Shown one piece after another: positions 29,589 to 38,611 of a stretch of 64,000 nt of DNA. A model generated the notes under the pieces. That model was given only the letters and a program-made list of their open reading frames with translations. It did not search any database and was not told the DNA's origin. Within the stretch, counting starts at the first letter, position 1; every line of letters begins with the position of its first letter. Source of the stretch: an uncultured Pseudomonadota bacterium (lineage in GTDB: Bacteria > Pseudomonadota > Alphaproteobacteria > Rs-D84); assembly GCA_902784345.1 (NCBI GenBank), contig CACZUD010000004.1, positions 4,495-68,494 on the forward strand. The letters run 5' to 3'. Both the position numbers and the translations under genes were made by a program.

Positions 29589-29906
29589 TTAACCCCATTG
29601 CTTTTGTTTACAATCATCACACAATGCTAAATATCCATGTGGACAACAGTCTTTCCCGTCTGTGTAAAAACATCTATCAACATTATTTTTAGCACATCTT
29701 TCCACTGTTTCGCGCCAAACATTAAAACGTTTTTGTTTGTCATAGCACCACATGTTATTAAAAGGGCACCGCTGAAAAGACCATTCTTCCTTGCGACTGG
29801 CTGTAAAAAGGGCTTCTTTTTCGGACATTCGCGCGGAAGACACCAACACGGAGTTCACAGTTATTTCTGTGACAGACATATTTGGTGAAAAATAAATCTT
29901 TTTCAT
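29589..29906 (-). CDS. Small Cys-rich protein with YxxP-type N-terminal leader (paralog A)
   Basis: MKKIYFSPNMSV...VLVSSA followed by an 8-Cys region. Confidence 0.65.
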   Translation of the reverse strand: MKKIYFSPNMSVTEITVNSVLVSSARMSEKEALFTASRKEEWSFQRCPFNNMWCYDKQKRFNVWRETVERCAKNNVDRCFYTDGKDCCPHGYLALCDDCKQKQWG

Positions 29907-29924
29907 AAACGCGGTCTCTTTCTA

Positions 29925-30374
29925 TTATTCAGCAACAGCTTCTGCGGCAGGTTCAGAAACAGCTTCTTCAGCTGGGGCTTCTGCAGCAGCCTTTGCAGCG
30001 GCTTCAGCAGCAGCTTTTTCTTCTGCTATTTTTGCCAATTTATCAGCTTTGTCTTTCGCTTTCATCTGAGTTTTTTCAGAAGGTTGATTTTTCTTTGTTT
30101 GATTTGGAACTGGTTTCGCAGCAACCAAGCCAGCATTTGCCAAGAATTTATAAACACGATCAGACGCTTTTGCACCCTTTGCCAACCATGCTTTGATTTT
30201 TTCAACGTCCAAAACAACACGTTTTGCGTCGTCTTTTGCCAACATTGGATTGTATTTACCAACTGTTTCCAAAATTGCCCCTGAATTACGTGCATTACGA
30301 GAATCTGTAACAACTACGTGATAATAAGGACGTTTTTTTGCACCGTAACGTGCCAATCTGATAACTGTTGCCAT
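29925..30374 (-). CDS. rpsP: 30S ribosomal protein S16 with Ala/Glu-rich tail
   Basis: IRLARYGAKKRPYY..VVTDSR..R and GKYNP motifs. Confidence 0.96.
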   Translation of the reverse strand: MATVIRLARYGAKKRPYYHVVVTDSRNARNSGAILETVGKYNPMLAKDDAKRVVLDVEKIKAWLAKGAKASDRVYKFLANAGLVAAKPVPNQTKKNQPSEKTQMKAKDKADKLAKIAEEKAAAEAAAKAAAEAPAEEAVSEPAAEAVAE

Positions 30375-30530
30375 TTTTTTGCTCCTTGTTTAAGTTTTTT
30401 TCAGATATCTTGTTTCCCAAAAACCACACAAAAAAACATTCATCAAGAGCGAAAACTCGCCGGTTGATGTTCCTTGTGCATACCGCACACAGGGTTATTA
30501 ATAATGGCAATCTTTGGGATTTGCAGGTCT

Positions 30531-30559
30531 ATTATGTATCAAATTTTATCAAAAGTCAA
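30531..30559 (-). promoter_or_regulatory. sigma70 promoter of the rpsP operon
   Basis: TTGACT-N17-CATAAT; both boxes and flanking bases match the rplM promoter. Confidence 0.7.
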
Positions 30560-30573
30560 ATATTTGTTGGCTT

Positions 30574-31182
30574 TTATCTTTGTTTTTGACGGCATTGTTT
30601 ATGGCACCAAGAATCCTGTTTACGCAGACCAAATCCACCTGTATTATACCGCGGCGAAGAACTTTTAGAATCACAAAAACCTTCTACTTCAAAATCAACA
30701 TCAATATTGATATCTATTTTCAGTTTATAATGTTTGCTGTATAATGGTTTCGCACCACGCAGATTATTGCATATTTTATGTGCAGGTTGCAGATTTGATA
30801 AATCATAACTGCCGCCTTTTGATTTTGGTATCTGATGATCCCACGTAAATCCCAGCTGTCCAGACTGATCTGTTTCTGTGTCTATTTTAATTGGTTGCCC
30901 GCACAATTTGCAAACTGGATAAACGTTATAATCGCCCATTATCGCAAAAATTTGTTTCATATGTTTGCGACTCAAACAATCGTTTACATGATCTGTTCTT
31001 GCCAAATCATTTAACAACTTTTTAACAGTTTTGCGTATATCTATATGAACGAAAGACGCACAGTCTTTTCCACACTGTGCGTCTATCAGAATTTTCAGCA
31101 AATCTTTTAAATGTGCTTTGTCCATCGAATTAACCAAACGGCTTGTTGTTTTCAGGGTTTCTTTGACTTCATTATTGGTCAT
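30574..31182 (-). CDS. HNH endonuclease
   Basis: CKLCG...DHQIPKSKGG....NLQPAHKICN; start ATG 31182 after SD AAAGGT. Confidence 0.88.
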   Translation of the reverse strand: MTNNEVKETLKTTSRLVNSMDKAHLKDLLKILIDAQCGKDCASFVHIDIRKTVKKLLNDLARTDHVNDCLSRKHMKQIFAIMGDYNVYPVCKLCGQPIKIDTETDQSGQLGFTWDHQIPKSKGGSYDLSNLQPAHKICNNLRGAKPLYSKHYKLKIDINIDVDFEVEGFCDSKSSSPRYNTGGFGLRKQDSWCHKQCRQKQR

Positions 31183-31296
31183 AATCGTACCTTTTTGCAT
31201 CAAAAATATTCAACACCGTTATTCTGACAAAAAACACTTATAGATGTCAATAATGTTTTTGCAAAAATTCAACATAACATTTGTCAATTGAACTTT

Positions 31297-31386
31297 TGGT
31301 GCGGGCAAAGGGAATCCGAATGTATAAACACACAACGAGTTGCGTTATTAGCAACGAATTGATGTGTGCCTAATAAGGATACCCGC
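31297..31386 (-). ncRNA. tRNA-like RNA or tRNA-Gly remnant with hairpin insertion
   Basis: GCGGGTA...TGCCCGC-A-CCA acceptor stem enclosing a long hairpin; last 20 nt identical to the tRNA-Gly 3' end. Confidence 0.55.
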
Positions 31387-31410
31387 TTCACACAAATCAC
31401 ACTTCAAACT

Positions 31411-31484
31411 TGGTGCGGGCAAAGGGAATCGAACCCTCGTCTAAAGCTTGGGAAGCTTTCGTTCTGCCATTATACCATGCCCGC
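31411..31484 (-). tRNA. tRNA-Gly(CCC)
   Basis: GCGGGCA...TGCCCGC-A-CCA; anticodon arm AAAGC-TT CCC AA-GCTTT. Confidence 0.95.
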
Positions 31485-31546
31485 GTTCGCTGTATCATAC
31501 TATCATTTTGTTTTTATGTCCAGCACTTAAAGCAAACACTCTCTAC

Positions 31547-31759
31547 TTACCTTTGATATCTGTTTTGTATTTCTTCAAATTTACTTTGCACGCTACGTAA
31601 AACCTTACGAGAGACATTGTTTTTTTGTTTATTAAGTTGTTTAATCAGTTTATTAACAAACAAACAATCCTTTGGGGCCAATTTGCCACTACGAACAAGA
31701 AACGTCATCTGCATACTTAATTCTGTTGCATCCATTTTGTATTCATTCATATCCGCCAC
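31547..31759 (-). CDS. Small basic hypothetical protein
   Basis: 70-aa ORF co-oriented with its neighbour, SD-like AAAGGTGG. Confidence 0.55.
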   Translation of the reverse strand: MADMNEYKMDATELSMQMTFLVRSGKLAPKDCLFVNKLIKQLNKQKNNVSRKVLRSVQSKFEEIQNRYQR

Positions 31760-31771
31760 CTTTGGTTAGGT

Positions 31772-32887
31772 TTATCTTGAAGCTTTGTTCATATAATTTA
31801 TGATATCGTTGAATAATACTTCAGCATGACGCAAAGCCGCATCTTTCCATCTTTTATCAGAAGGATACCAGCTTTCTGTCAAATTTGCCCATGTTTCATG
31901 ATTGATTTCGCCATAATGCAGCAAATCATATCGTGCATCACCCATATCCATACGTTTATACACTGGCGACATTATTGGAAATTCTCCGGTACCGACTTCA
32001 AAATCCGCAGTATAAATCGGAATATTTTTGAATTTATAACGATTTTCCAAACAGTCTACCAAATCACCCAAAAGAGTAGGGGCGTTCACCGCATCATTAT
32101 CTGGAACAATCGGGACATTTGGTGTCAAAGTGTTTTTGAAAAATAATGTGTTTTTGTGTGTTTCTGGATGAGATACCAACACAGTACTTGTTACTTCTGC
32201 ACGTTTGCGATAGAAACGTCCAAGTCCAGTATGCAAACCAACCGAAATCAAAGACTTTGCATTATTTCCCATTATATCATCATATATGCGCATAGTCGTC
32301 TTGTTTTCAGGCAAAGTTTCGCATCCGCCATAAAACAAACCATATGGTTCATAGTATTGACCATTACTTATCGCAGCCCAAACACCATCTTTCAGGTGCT
32401 TTTGTCTGAAGTTTTTTATTGCTTCTTTTTTAATGATTTTGTCTGGTTTTGATAACAACACAGGATGAGCAATGGCATATTTTGGATTACCAGGTAAATT
32501 TTCTGGTTTTGAAAAATCTATTCCAAAGTTTCTGTTTAAATCTATCAGACCACCATTTTTTTTATCAAAAACCTCTCGCGTACGGTTTTGCATTCCCCAG
32601 CCATTAATCACATGAATCAAAACAATAGAAAATTTATCTAACGCTTTTTCTGATATTTTTGGCAACATGTTTGATAGAAACATATTTTGTGCCGCACTGC
32701 CAAAATATCCTTCTATTCCATGCACCCCTGAATTTATAACGATTTTATCATCACCACTGCCAATCATTACACATGATACTTCGTACTGCATACTCGGCGC
32801 TTTATAAAAAGATAATACACCAGCCCCGTTTGCATTACGAACAAATTTCTGGGTTGCTTCAAACCAATTTTCAGAATAAAAATTCAT
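31772..32887 (-). CDS. DUF2817 / M14-like zinc carboxypeptidase-fold protein
   Basis: SGVHGIEG, DLNRNF, GLFYGG and LHTGLG motifs. Confidence 0.8.
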   Translation of the reverse strand: MNFYSENWFEATQKFVRNANGAGVLSFYKAPSMQYEVSCVMIGSGDDKIVINSGVHGIEGYFGSAAQNMFLSNMLPKISEKALDKFSIVLIHVINGWGMQNRTREVFDKKNGGLIDLNRNFGIDFSKPENLPGNPKYAIAHPVLLSKPDKIIKKEAIKNFRQKHLKDGVWAAISNGQYYEPYGLFYGGCETLPENKTTMRIYDDIMGNNAKSLISVGLHTGLGRFYRKRAEVTSTVLVSHPETHKNTLFFKNTLTPNVPIVPDNDAVNAPTLLGDLVDCLENRYKFKNIPIYTADFEVGTGEFPIMSPVYKRMDMGDARYDLLHYGEINHETWANLTESWYPSDKRWKDAALRHAEVLFNDIINYMNKASR

Positions 32888-32904
32888 TTATATTCTCTTG
32901 TTTT

Positions 32905-34026
32905 TTATTTTACAGGTATTTGCAAATTTTGTTCTGGAAAAATCAAATCTGGGTTTTTGATGTTGTTACGTTCTGCAATCATTGTGAACAATATACCACG
33001 ACGCAAGAAATTGCGTGCTATAATCCACAAACAATCACCACGACGAACAGTGTAAAAAGTATCGTCATCGCCTGTCATTTCAGGCATAACGAAAGAGTGC
33101 TCTACATTTGCAATCGTTGTTCCTTCGCCGTCATGCAAACGAATATTCAATTTGTATTCTTTGCCACTTTCCAGTTTACCAACATCTGCACCAAGTCCAA
33201 AATTCTTATAATCTGACACACGTGCAAAACCAATATATTCATCGTTCAAAGTCAAAGAAACACGCAATCTTGGCAAAGCTTTGCCAGTTACAACCATACG
33301 ACCATTGTCCATATAGTCTATCTTTGAAACGATCAAATCGCCATCCATTAAAACAGGTGCCTGCATTACTTTACTGCCGTTTTTGGTCATCAATAAAGAC
33401 ACAGAATTTCTGTATCCTTGTTCAGAGATATAAACAAAAACAGAATCTGCAGATTTAATATTTTTATCACTGTCTATTAACGAAATAACATAATTACCAG
33501 GCTTTAACGCATCGTTTGGTGCATAAACAAATTCACCATCTTTGTTGGTGTGTTCTGTGGCAACAATTTTCTTATTAATTACAACAGAAATGTTAGATTC
33601 GCGAACATTACGACCTGCAACTATGATATTGCCTGTCTTTTCGATACGAACCAAATCGAATGATGGGGTAGTTTGTTTTTCGGTATTTTTTACTGACCTG
33701 ATAATAGGTTCTGGTACAGACGGCGCAATTACTTTGACTGGCGCATTTATTTTGAACAACATTACAAACACAGCAATTAAAACAACCAACAAAGCGCAAA
33801 CAATTGGGAACCAATACGCACGTAAAACCGCCTTGTTTCTGGATTTTTTTTCTGGTGTCTCGGTCGCAATTTTTTCTTCTGGCTTTTTAAAGACATTAAA
33901 TCTTTGCAAGAACTTGCGTGTAAAAGTGCGACGATTTTCCAACCAATCCTGTTGACGGTTAACTGCATCATCTATTAAATCATCTGTGCTGCGTTTTGTT
34001 TTTCCAATATTAGTCGTTGCCATCAT
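32905..34026 (-). CDS. Membrane-anchored LysM peptidoglycan-binding protein with Ig-like domains
   Basis: TM; PSFDLVR..G...AGR; C-terminal VRRGDCLW.IA...NPDLIFP. Confidence 0.85.
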   Translation of the reverse strand: MMATTNIGKTKRSTDDLIDDAVNRQQDWLENRRTFTRKFLQRFNVFKKPEEKIATETPEKKSRNKAVLRAYWFPIVCALLVVLIAVFVMLFKINAPVKVIAPSVPEPIIRSVKNTEKQTTPSFDLVRIEKTGNIIVAGRNVRESNISVVINKKIVATEHTNKDGEFVYAPNDALKPGNYVISLIDSDKNIKSADSVFVYISEQGYRNSVSLLMTKNGSKVMQAPVLMDGDLIVSKIDYMDNGRMVVTGKALPRLRVSLTLNDEYIGFARVSDYKNFGLGADVGKLESGKEYKLNIRLHDGEGTTIANVEHSFVMPEMTGDDDTFYTVRRGDCLWIIARNFLRRGILFTMIAERNNIKNPDLIFPEQNLQIPVK

Positions 34027-34129
34027 TATACTCCTAGGCTTATTTCCTTTGACAAAATTATTGCAAAAATGGTTTGTTTGTCAAGGGTTTTATGGTATAA
34101 TGCCAAGAACAAGATGACAGGAGATAAAA

Positions 34130-35218
34130 TTGGCACACAAAAAGATTGGCATCATGACAACTGGTGGTGATTGTTCCGGATTGAACACTGTTATTCAACG
34201 AATTGTTGATGGTTGTGTTCGTCGAAAATGGGATGTGGTTGGCATCAAAGACGGCACAGATGGATTATGTTGCACACCTGCAAAAACAGTTGATTTAACA
34301 GACGAAAGTTTTCCATTTGCTTCTGCACACTTGGCTGGCAGTATTTTATCAAATGGACATGCAGGCGCAGAAAATTTTATATCGGCGGCACGTGTTGGAA
34401 AATTAAGTGCTTTTAATAAAAAACTAAAAAAAGCATTACAAAATTTAAAATTGGACGCATTGATTTTAATTGGTGGCAATGGCAGTTTGTCTTTGGCACA
34501 CATGTATCGTGAAATATATTCTGATTTGCAATTAATCGCGATTCCAAAAACCATTGACATGGACGTCCCATCAACAGATAAAACAATCGGTTTTGATACT
34601 GCAGTGCAACAACTGGTTTCTTATTGTGACCAATTATTGTTAACTGCACGCAGTCATCATCGCTGGTTTGTAGTTCAAACCATGGGACGTGATTGTGGGG
34701 AATTGGCACTTAATGCCGGTGTTGCAATTGGTGCAGACGCAATCTTGATTCCAGAAATTAAATTTGATGTTAATAACCTGGTTAAACATATAAAACAATC
34801 AAAGCGCGATTATGGAATTATTATGGTATCCGAAGGAATCTCTATTCGTGGACATTCTGGCAAACCTGCAGACATGATTTCGCGCGCACTGAACAATGCA
34901 AACATACCAAACAGAACGGCTTTCCCAGAACACATACAAAGGGCAGGCGACACCGTTGCCAGCGACAGAATTTTGGCAGCTGGCTTTGCGGATACCGCTT
35001 TGAAAGCAATCGAAAACAATGAAACTTATGTTATGACAGTGGTACAAAACGACGAATATAAAACAATATCTTTAACCGATTTCTTTAACGCAGGGAAACA
35101 ACAAAAAGATCCACATATCAAGGGCGTAATGACATCAAATAGATATGTTGAACCAGATAATATTTTATTACAAATTGCAACCGATATGGGAATTTATATC
35201 GGCGAAAAACACAAATAA
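34130..35218 (+). CDS. pfkA: 6-phosphofructokinase
   Basis: TTGGDCSGLN, IGGNGS, PKTID, MGR and HIQR motifs; TTG start with SD GGAG. Confidence 0.9.
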   Translation: MAHKKIGIMTTGGDCSGLNTVIQRIVDGCVRRKWDVVGIKDGTDGLCCTPAKTVDLTDESFPFASAHLAGSILSNGHAGAENFISAARVGKLSAFNKKLKKALQNLKLDALILIGGNGSLSLAHMYREIYSDLQLIAIPKTIDMDVPSTDKTIGFDTAVQQLVSYCDQLLLTARSHHRWFVVQTMGRDCGELALNAGVAIGADAILIPEIKFDVNNLVKHIKQSKRDYGIIMVSEGISIRGHSGKPADMISRALNNANIPNRTAFPEHIQRAGDTVASDRILAAGFADTALKAIENNETYVMTVVQNDEYKTISLTDFFNAGKQQKDPHIKGVMTSNRYVEPDNILLQIATDMGIYIGEKHK

Positions 35219-35244
35219 AAAAACTGGGCTTTTGCCCAGTTTTT
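35217..35244. terminator. Bidirectional terminator pfkA/dnaK
   Basis: AAAACTGGGC-TTTT-GCCCAGTTTT. Confidence 0.8.
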
Positions 35245-35262
35245 CTTAAGGAGGAAGGAAAA

Positions 35263-37152
35263 TTATTTCTCAGAAAAATCTGCATCTGTGGTTTTGTTAT
35301 CACCAGATTCAGATTTGTTTTCTTCTGATTTTTGTGCTTCTTGTGCGGCTTTATATACCGCTTCGCCTAATTTCATGGCTTTTTCAGTCAAAGCTTCTGT
35401 CTTTGCCTTTAAAGATTCAACAGTTGCTTCAGCCTTTGCCAATTCATCAGACAATTCTTTCTTTGCATTTTCGATTGCTTCGCGTTCTTCTGCGCTGATT
35501 TTATCACCATGTTCTTTCAGTGATTTTTCAATGCTGAACACTGCGGTTTCTGCTGTATTTTTTGCTTCTGCCAATTCTTTTTTCTTTTTATCGGCTTCGG
35601 CATTAGCAGCCGCTTCATCGACCATGCGTTTGATTTCGTCTTCTGACAAACCACCATCAGATTTAATAGAAATCGCTTGTTCTTTGCCTGTTCCTTTATC
35701 CTTTGCAGATACATGAACAATACCGTTCGCGTCTATATCAAAAGATACTTCGATTTGTGGCATACCACGTGGGGCAGGTGCAATACCTTCCAAATTAAAT
35801 TGACCCAACAATTTATTATCCGCAGCCATATCACGTTCGCCTTGGAATACGCGAATTGTTACGGCAGATTGATTATCTTCTGCGGTAGAGAAAATCTGTG
35901 ATTTCTTTGTTGGAATTGTTGTGTTACGGTCAATCAAACGTGTGAACACGCCACCCAAAGTTTCAATACCCAATGACAAAGGTGTGACATCCAACAACAA
36001 AACATCTTTGACTTCGCCTTTCAAAACACCACCTTGGATAGCAGCACCCAATGCGACCACTTCATCAGGGTTAACGCCTTTGTGTGGTTCTTTGCCAAAG
36101 AATTCTTTCACAGTTTCAACAACTTTTGGCATACGTGTTTGACCACCAACCAAAATAACTTCATTGATTTGAGATGTTGTAAGTCCCGCATCTTTCAAAG
36201 CTTTCTTGCAAGGTTCGATTGTTTTTTCAATCAAATCTTCAACCAAAGATTCCAATTTTGCACGTGTAAGTGTGATATTGAAATGTTTTGGACCAGTCGC
36301 ATCAGCCGTCAAATAAGGCAAATTGATATCCGTAGATGTCTTTGATGACAATTCGATTTTTGCTTTTTCTGCGGCTTCTTTCAAACGTTGCAACGCCAAT
36401 TTATCATTGGACAAATCAATACCTGTTTGTGCTTTAAATTCTTCAATCAAATATTTCAGAACGCGTGCATCGAAATCAGAACCACCCAATTCTGTATCGC
36501 CGTTTGTAGATTTAACTTCAAACACGCCATCTACGATTTCCAAAATGGACACATCGAAAGTACCACCACCAAGGTCATATACAGCAATCGTGCCATCTTT
36601 GTCTTTGTCCAAACCATACGCCAAAGCAGCCGCTGTTGGTTCATTAACAATACGCAAAACGTTTAATCCCGCGATACGACCAGCATCTTTTGTTGCCTGA
36701 CGTTGAGAATCATTAAAATATGCAGGTACAGTAATAACTGCATCTGTAATTTTTTCACCCAAATAGGCTTCTGCATCTTTTTTCAATTTAGACAAAATCA
36801 TCGCGGAAATCTGAGAAGGCGCATATTTTTTACCTTCGATTTCAACCCACGCATCACCGTTTTCGCCGGCTACGATTTTATAAGGAACACGTTTTTGAAT
36901 TTCTTTAACCGCATGGCTGTCAAAACGCAATCCCATCAAACGTTTAATTTCATAGATTGTATTTTCAGGATTTGTAACCGCCTGATTCTTTGCGGTAATA
37001 CCGACCAAATGTTCACCATTTGCAGTTATTGCAACAACAGAAGGTGTTGTACGTTGACCCTCTGAATTTTCGATAATTTTTGGATCATTTCCGTCCATGA
37101 AAGCCATAGCGGAATTAGTTGTACCCAAATCAATACCTAATACTTTTGCCAT
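35263..37152 (-). CDS. dnaK: Chaperone DnaK
   Basis: [17 protein letters not shown] and DLGGGTFD signatures. Confidence 0.98.
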   Translation of the reverse strand: MAKVLGIDLGTTNSAMAFMDGNDPKIIENSEGQRTTPSVVAITANGEHLVGITAKNQAVTNPENTIYEIKRLMGLRFDSHAVKEIQKRVPYKIVAGENGDAWVEIEGKKYAPSQISAMILSKLKKDAEAYLGEKITDAVITVPAYFNDSQRQATKDAGRIAGLNVLRIVNEPTAAALAYGLDKDKDGTIAVYDLGGGTFDVSILEIVDGVFEVKSTNGDTELGGSDFDARVLKYLIEEFKAQTGIDLSNDKLALQRLKEAAEKAKIELSSKTSTDINLPYLTADATGPKHFNITLTRAKLESLVEDLIEKTIEPCKKALKDAGLTTSQINEVILVGGQTRMPKVVETVKEFFGKEPHKGVNPDEVVALGAAIQGGVLKGEVKDVLLLDVTPLSLGIETLGGVFTRLIDRNTTIPTKKSQIFSTAEDNQSAVTIRVFQGERDMAADNKLLGQFNLEGIAPAPRGMPQIEVSFDIDANGIVHVSAKDKGTGKEQAISIKSDGGLSEDEIKRMVDEAAANAEADKKKKELAEAKNTAETAVFSIEKSLKEHGDKISAEEREAIENAKKELSDELAKAEATVESLKAKTEALTEKAMKLGEAVYKAAQEAQKSEENKSESGDNKTTDADFSEK

Positions 37153-37189
37153 AGTTTTTACTCCTTAAAGTTTTTTCTGCTTACGCCAA

Positions 37190-37217
37190 ATATAGTTATA
37201 AAAAGCATGGTTTCAAG
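37190..37217 (-). promoter_or_regulatory. RpoH (sigma32)-type promoter of dnaK
   Basis: CTTGAA...CTATAT fits the alphaproteobacterial RpoH consensus. Confidence 0.6.
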
Positions 37218-37258
37218 GGGGCAAAAACAAAAATATTACACGAAAATATTCACAAAAA

Positions 37259-37278
37259 AACCGCCCGTTTGGGCGGTT
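37259..37278 (-). terminator. Terminator after rplY
   Basis: AACCGCCC-AAAC-GGGCGGTTTTTTT on the minus strand. Confidence 0.75.
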
Positions 37279-37303
37279 AAATTTTTTAATATCAAATTCG
37301 ATA

Positions 37304-37936
37304 TTATTTCTTTGCAGGTGCAGCCTTTGCAGCAGGTGCAGCGGCAGCAGCCTGTTGTTTTGCATCTGCTTCTTCTGGCATTTTACCACCGATTGTGGCG
37401 AAAGCCAAATCTGCCATATGCAAACCCAATTCGATACCTTTTGGCAATATCAAATCAGAACCATGAATTGTGTCGCCAATTGTAACATTTGTTAAATCGA
37501 TAGTGATTTTTTCAGGCATATCGTTTACCAAACCTTTAAGCGCAACTTTACGAACAGCAAAGTTCAAAACGCCACCCAATTTGATACCTTTGGAAATATC
37601 TGCATTGATAACTTCCACAGGAACAACAACATGAACAGGTTCTTTGACATTAATACGTTTGAAATCAACGTGAACAACTTTGTCGGACACTGGATGATAT
37701 TGAATATCCATCAACATAGCATCTTCTTTGCCAGCGGCAGTTGTGATTTCGAATAATTTTGTTCGCAATGATGGTTGTACCAACAACATATTAAATTCGC
37801 GTCCGTTCAATTCAATGGACACAGGTTCTTTCTTTTCGCCATAGATAACAGCAGGGATGTTTTGGTTCTTGCGAACTGCACGTGCGGCCCCCTTGCCAGC
37901 AACTTTGCGAATTTCAGCATTTAATTTAATAGCCAT
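37304..37936 (-). CDS. rplY: 50S ribosomal protein L25/general stress protein Ctc
   Basis: GKGAAR.VR, IPAVIYG, QYHPV and HVDF motifs. Confidence 0.95.
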   Translation of the reverse strand: MAIKLNAEIRKVAGKGAARAVRKNQNIPAVIYGEKKEPVSIELNGREFNMLLVQPSLRTKLFEITTAAGKEDAMLMDIQYHPVSDKVVHVDFKRINVKEPVHVVVPVEVINADISKGIKLGGVLNFAVRKVALKGLVNDMPEKITIDLTNVTIGDTIHGSDLILPKGIELGLHMADLAFATIGGKMPEEADAKQQAAAAAPAAKAAPAKK

Positions 37937-38042
37937 TTTTAATTCCTTTTTAATGGTTGTGTTTAAGTTTCACATGACCTCCAAGGGTGTCATGCGGGCT
38001 ATATTATTTACTAAAACACACGAAAAATCAAGTTTTTTCTTA

Positions 38043-38594
38043 TTATTTTTTCTGTAATATCACAAATCTTGCGCGTCCATAGGTTTTATCACGCAAAATT
38101 TCCCAATTTTCAGAAAAATCTGGCATTTTTTGTATGTTTTCGAATTCCCAGATTAAAACCGAACCGCTTTTTGCAATTTTGCTTAATTTCTTGATGAATA
38201 AAACACCAAAATTAAAGTCCGGATAGGGTGGGTCAACAAAAAACAGGTCTGTTATTCCGCCAAACCGCGATATTGCAGATACTGCATCACACATTTCAAT
38301 TGTGGCGTTTTCGTTTATTGAAATAACATTTTTCTTTACTGTGTCTATTGAAGATTTTGCATTGTCGGTAAAAACAACCATTGGTTTATCAAACCGCGAC
38401 AAACATTCCAAACCAAACGCACCAGACCCAGCAAATACATCCCACACAGAAATCGGTTTTGTTGTATCAATAATACTGTTTAACATATTAAACAACGCAC
38501 CACGTGCCATATTTTGTGTCGGACGCGCATCATCTGGCAGATTTAATTTCTTGCCACGATATTTACCGGAAATGATTTGCAAATTTGATTTCAT
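38043..38594 (-). CDS. rsmD: 16S rRNA m2G966 methyltransferase RsmD
   Basis: IISGKYRG, RPT, DVFAGSG and DPPY motifs. Confidence 0.9.
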   Translation of the reverse strand: MKSNLQIISGKYRGKKLNLPDDARPTQNMARGALFNMLNSIIDTTKPISVWDVFAGSGAFGLECLSRFDKPMVVFTDNAKSSIDTVKKNVISINENATIEMCDAVSAISRFGGITDLFFVDPPYPDFNFGVLFIKKLSKIAKSGSVLIWEFENIQKMPDFSENWEILRDKTYGRARFVILQKK

Positions 38595-38611
38595 GTTGTA
38601 AACTTTACCGT

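Noticed and set aside
34470-34490. PfkA GGNG instead of GGDG
   Set aside because: This variant occurs in other PFK family members and the other catalytic motifs are intact
35288-37065. Long antisense ORFs opposite dnaK (similar ones opposite recN, cysS and accDA)
   Set aside because: Typical codon-bias shadows of real genes
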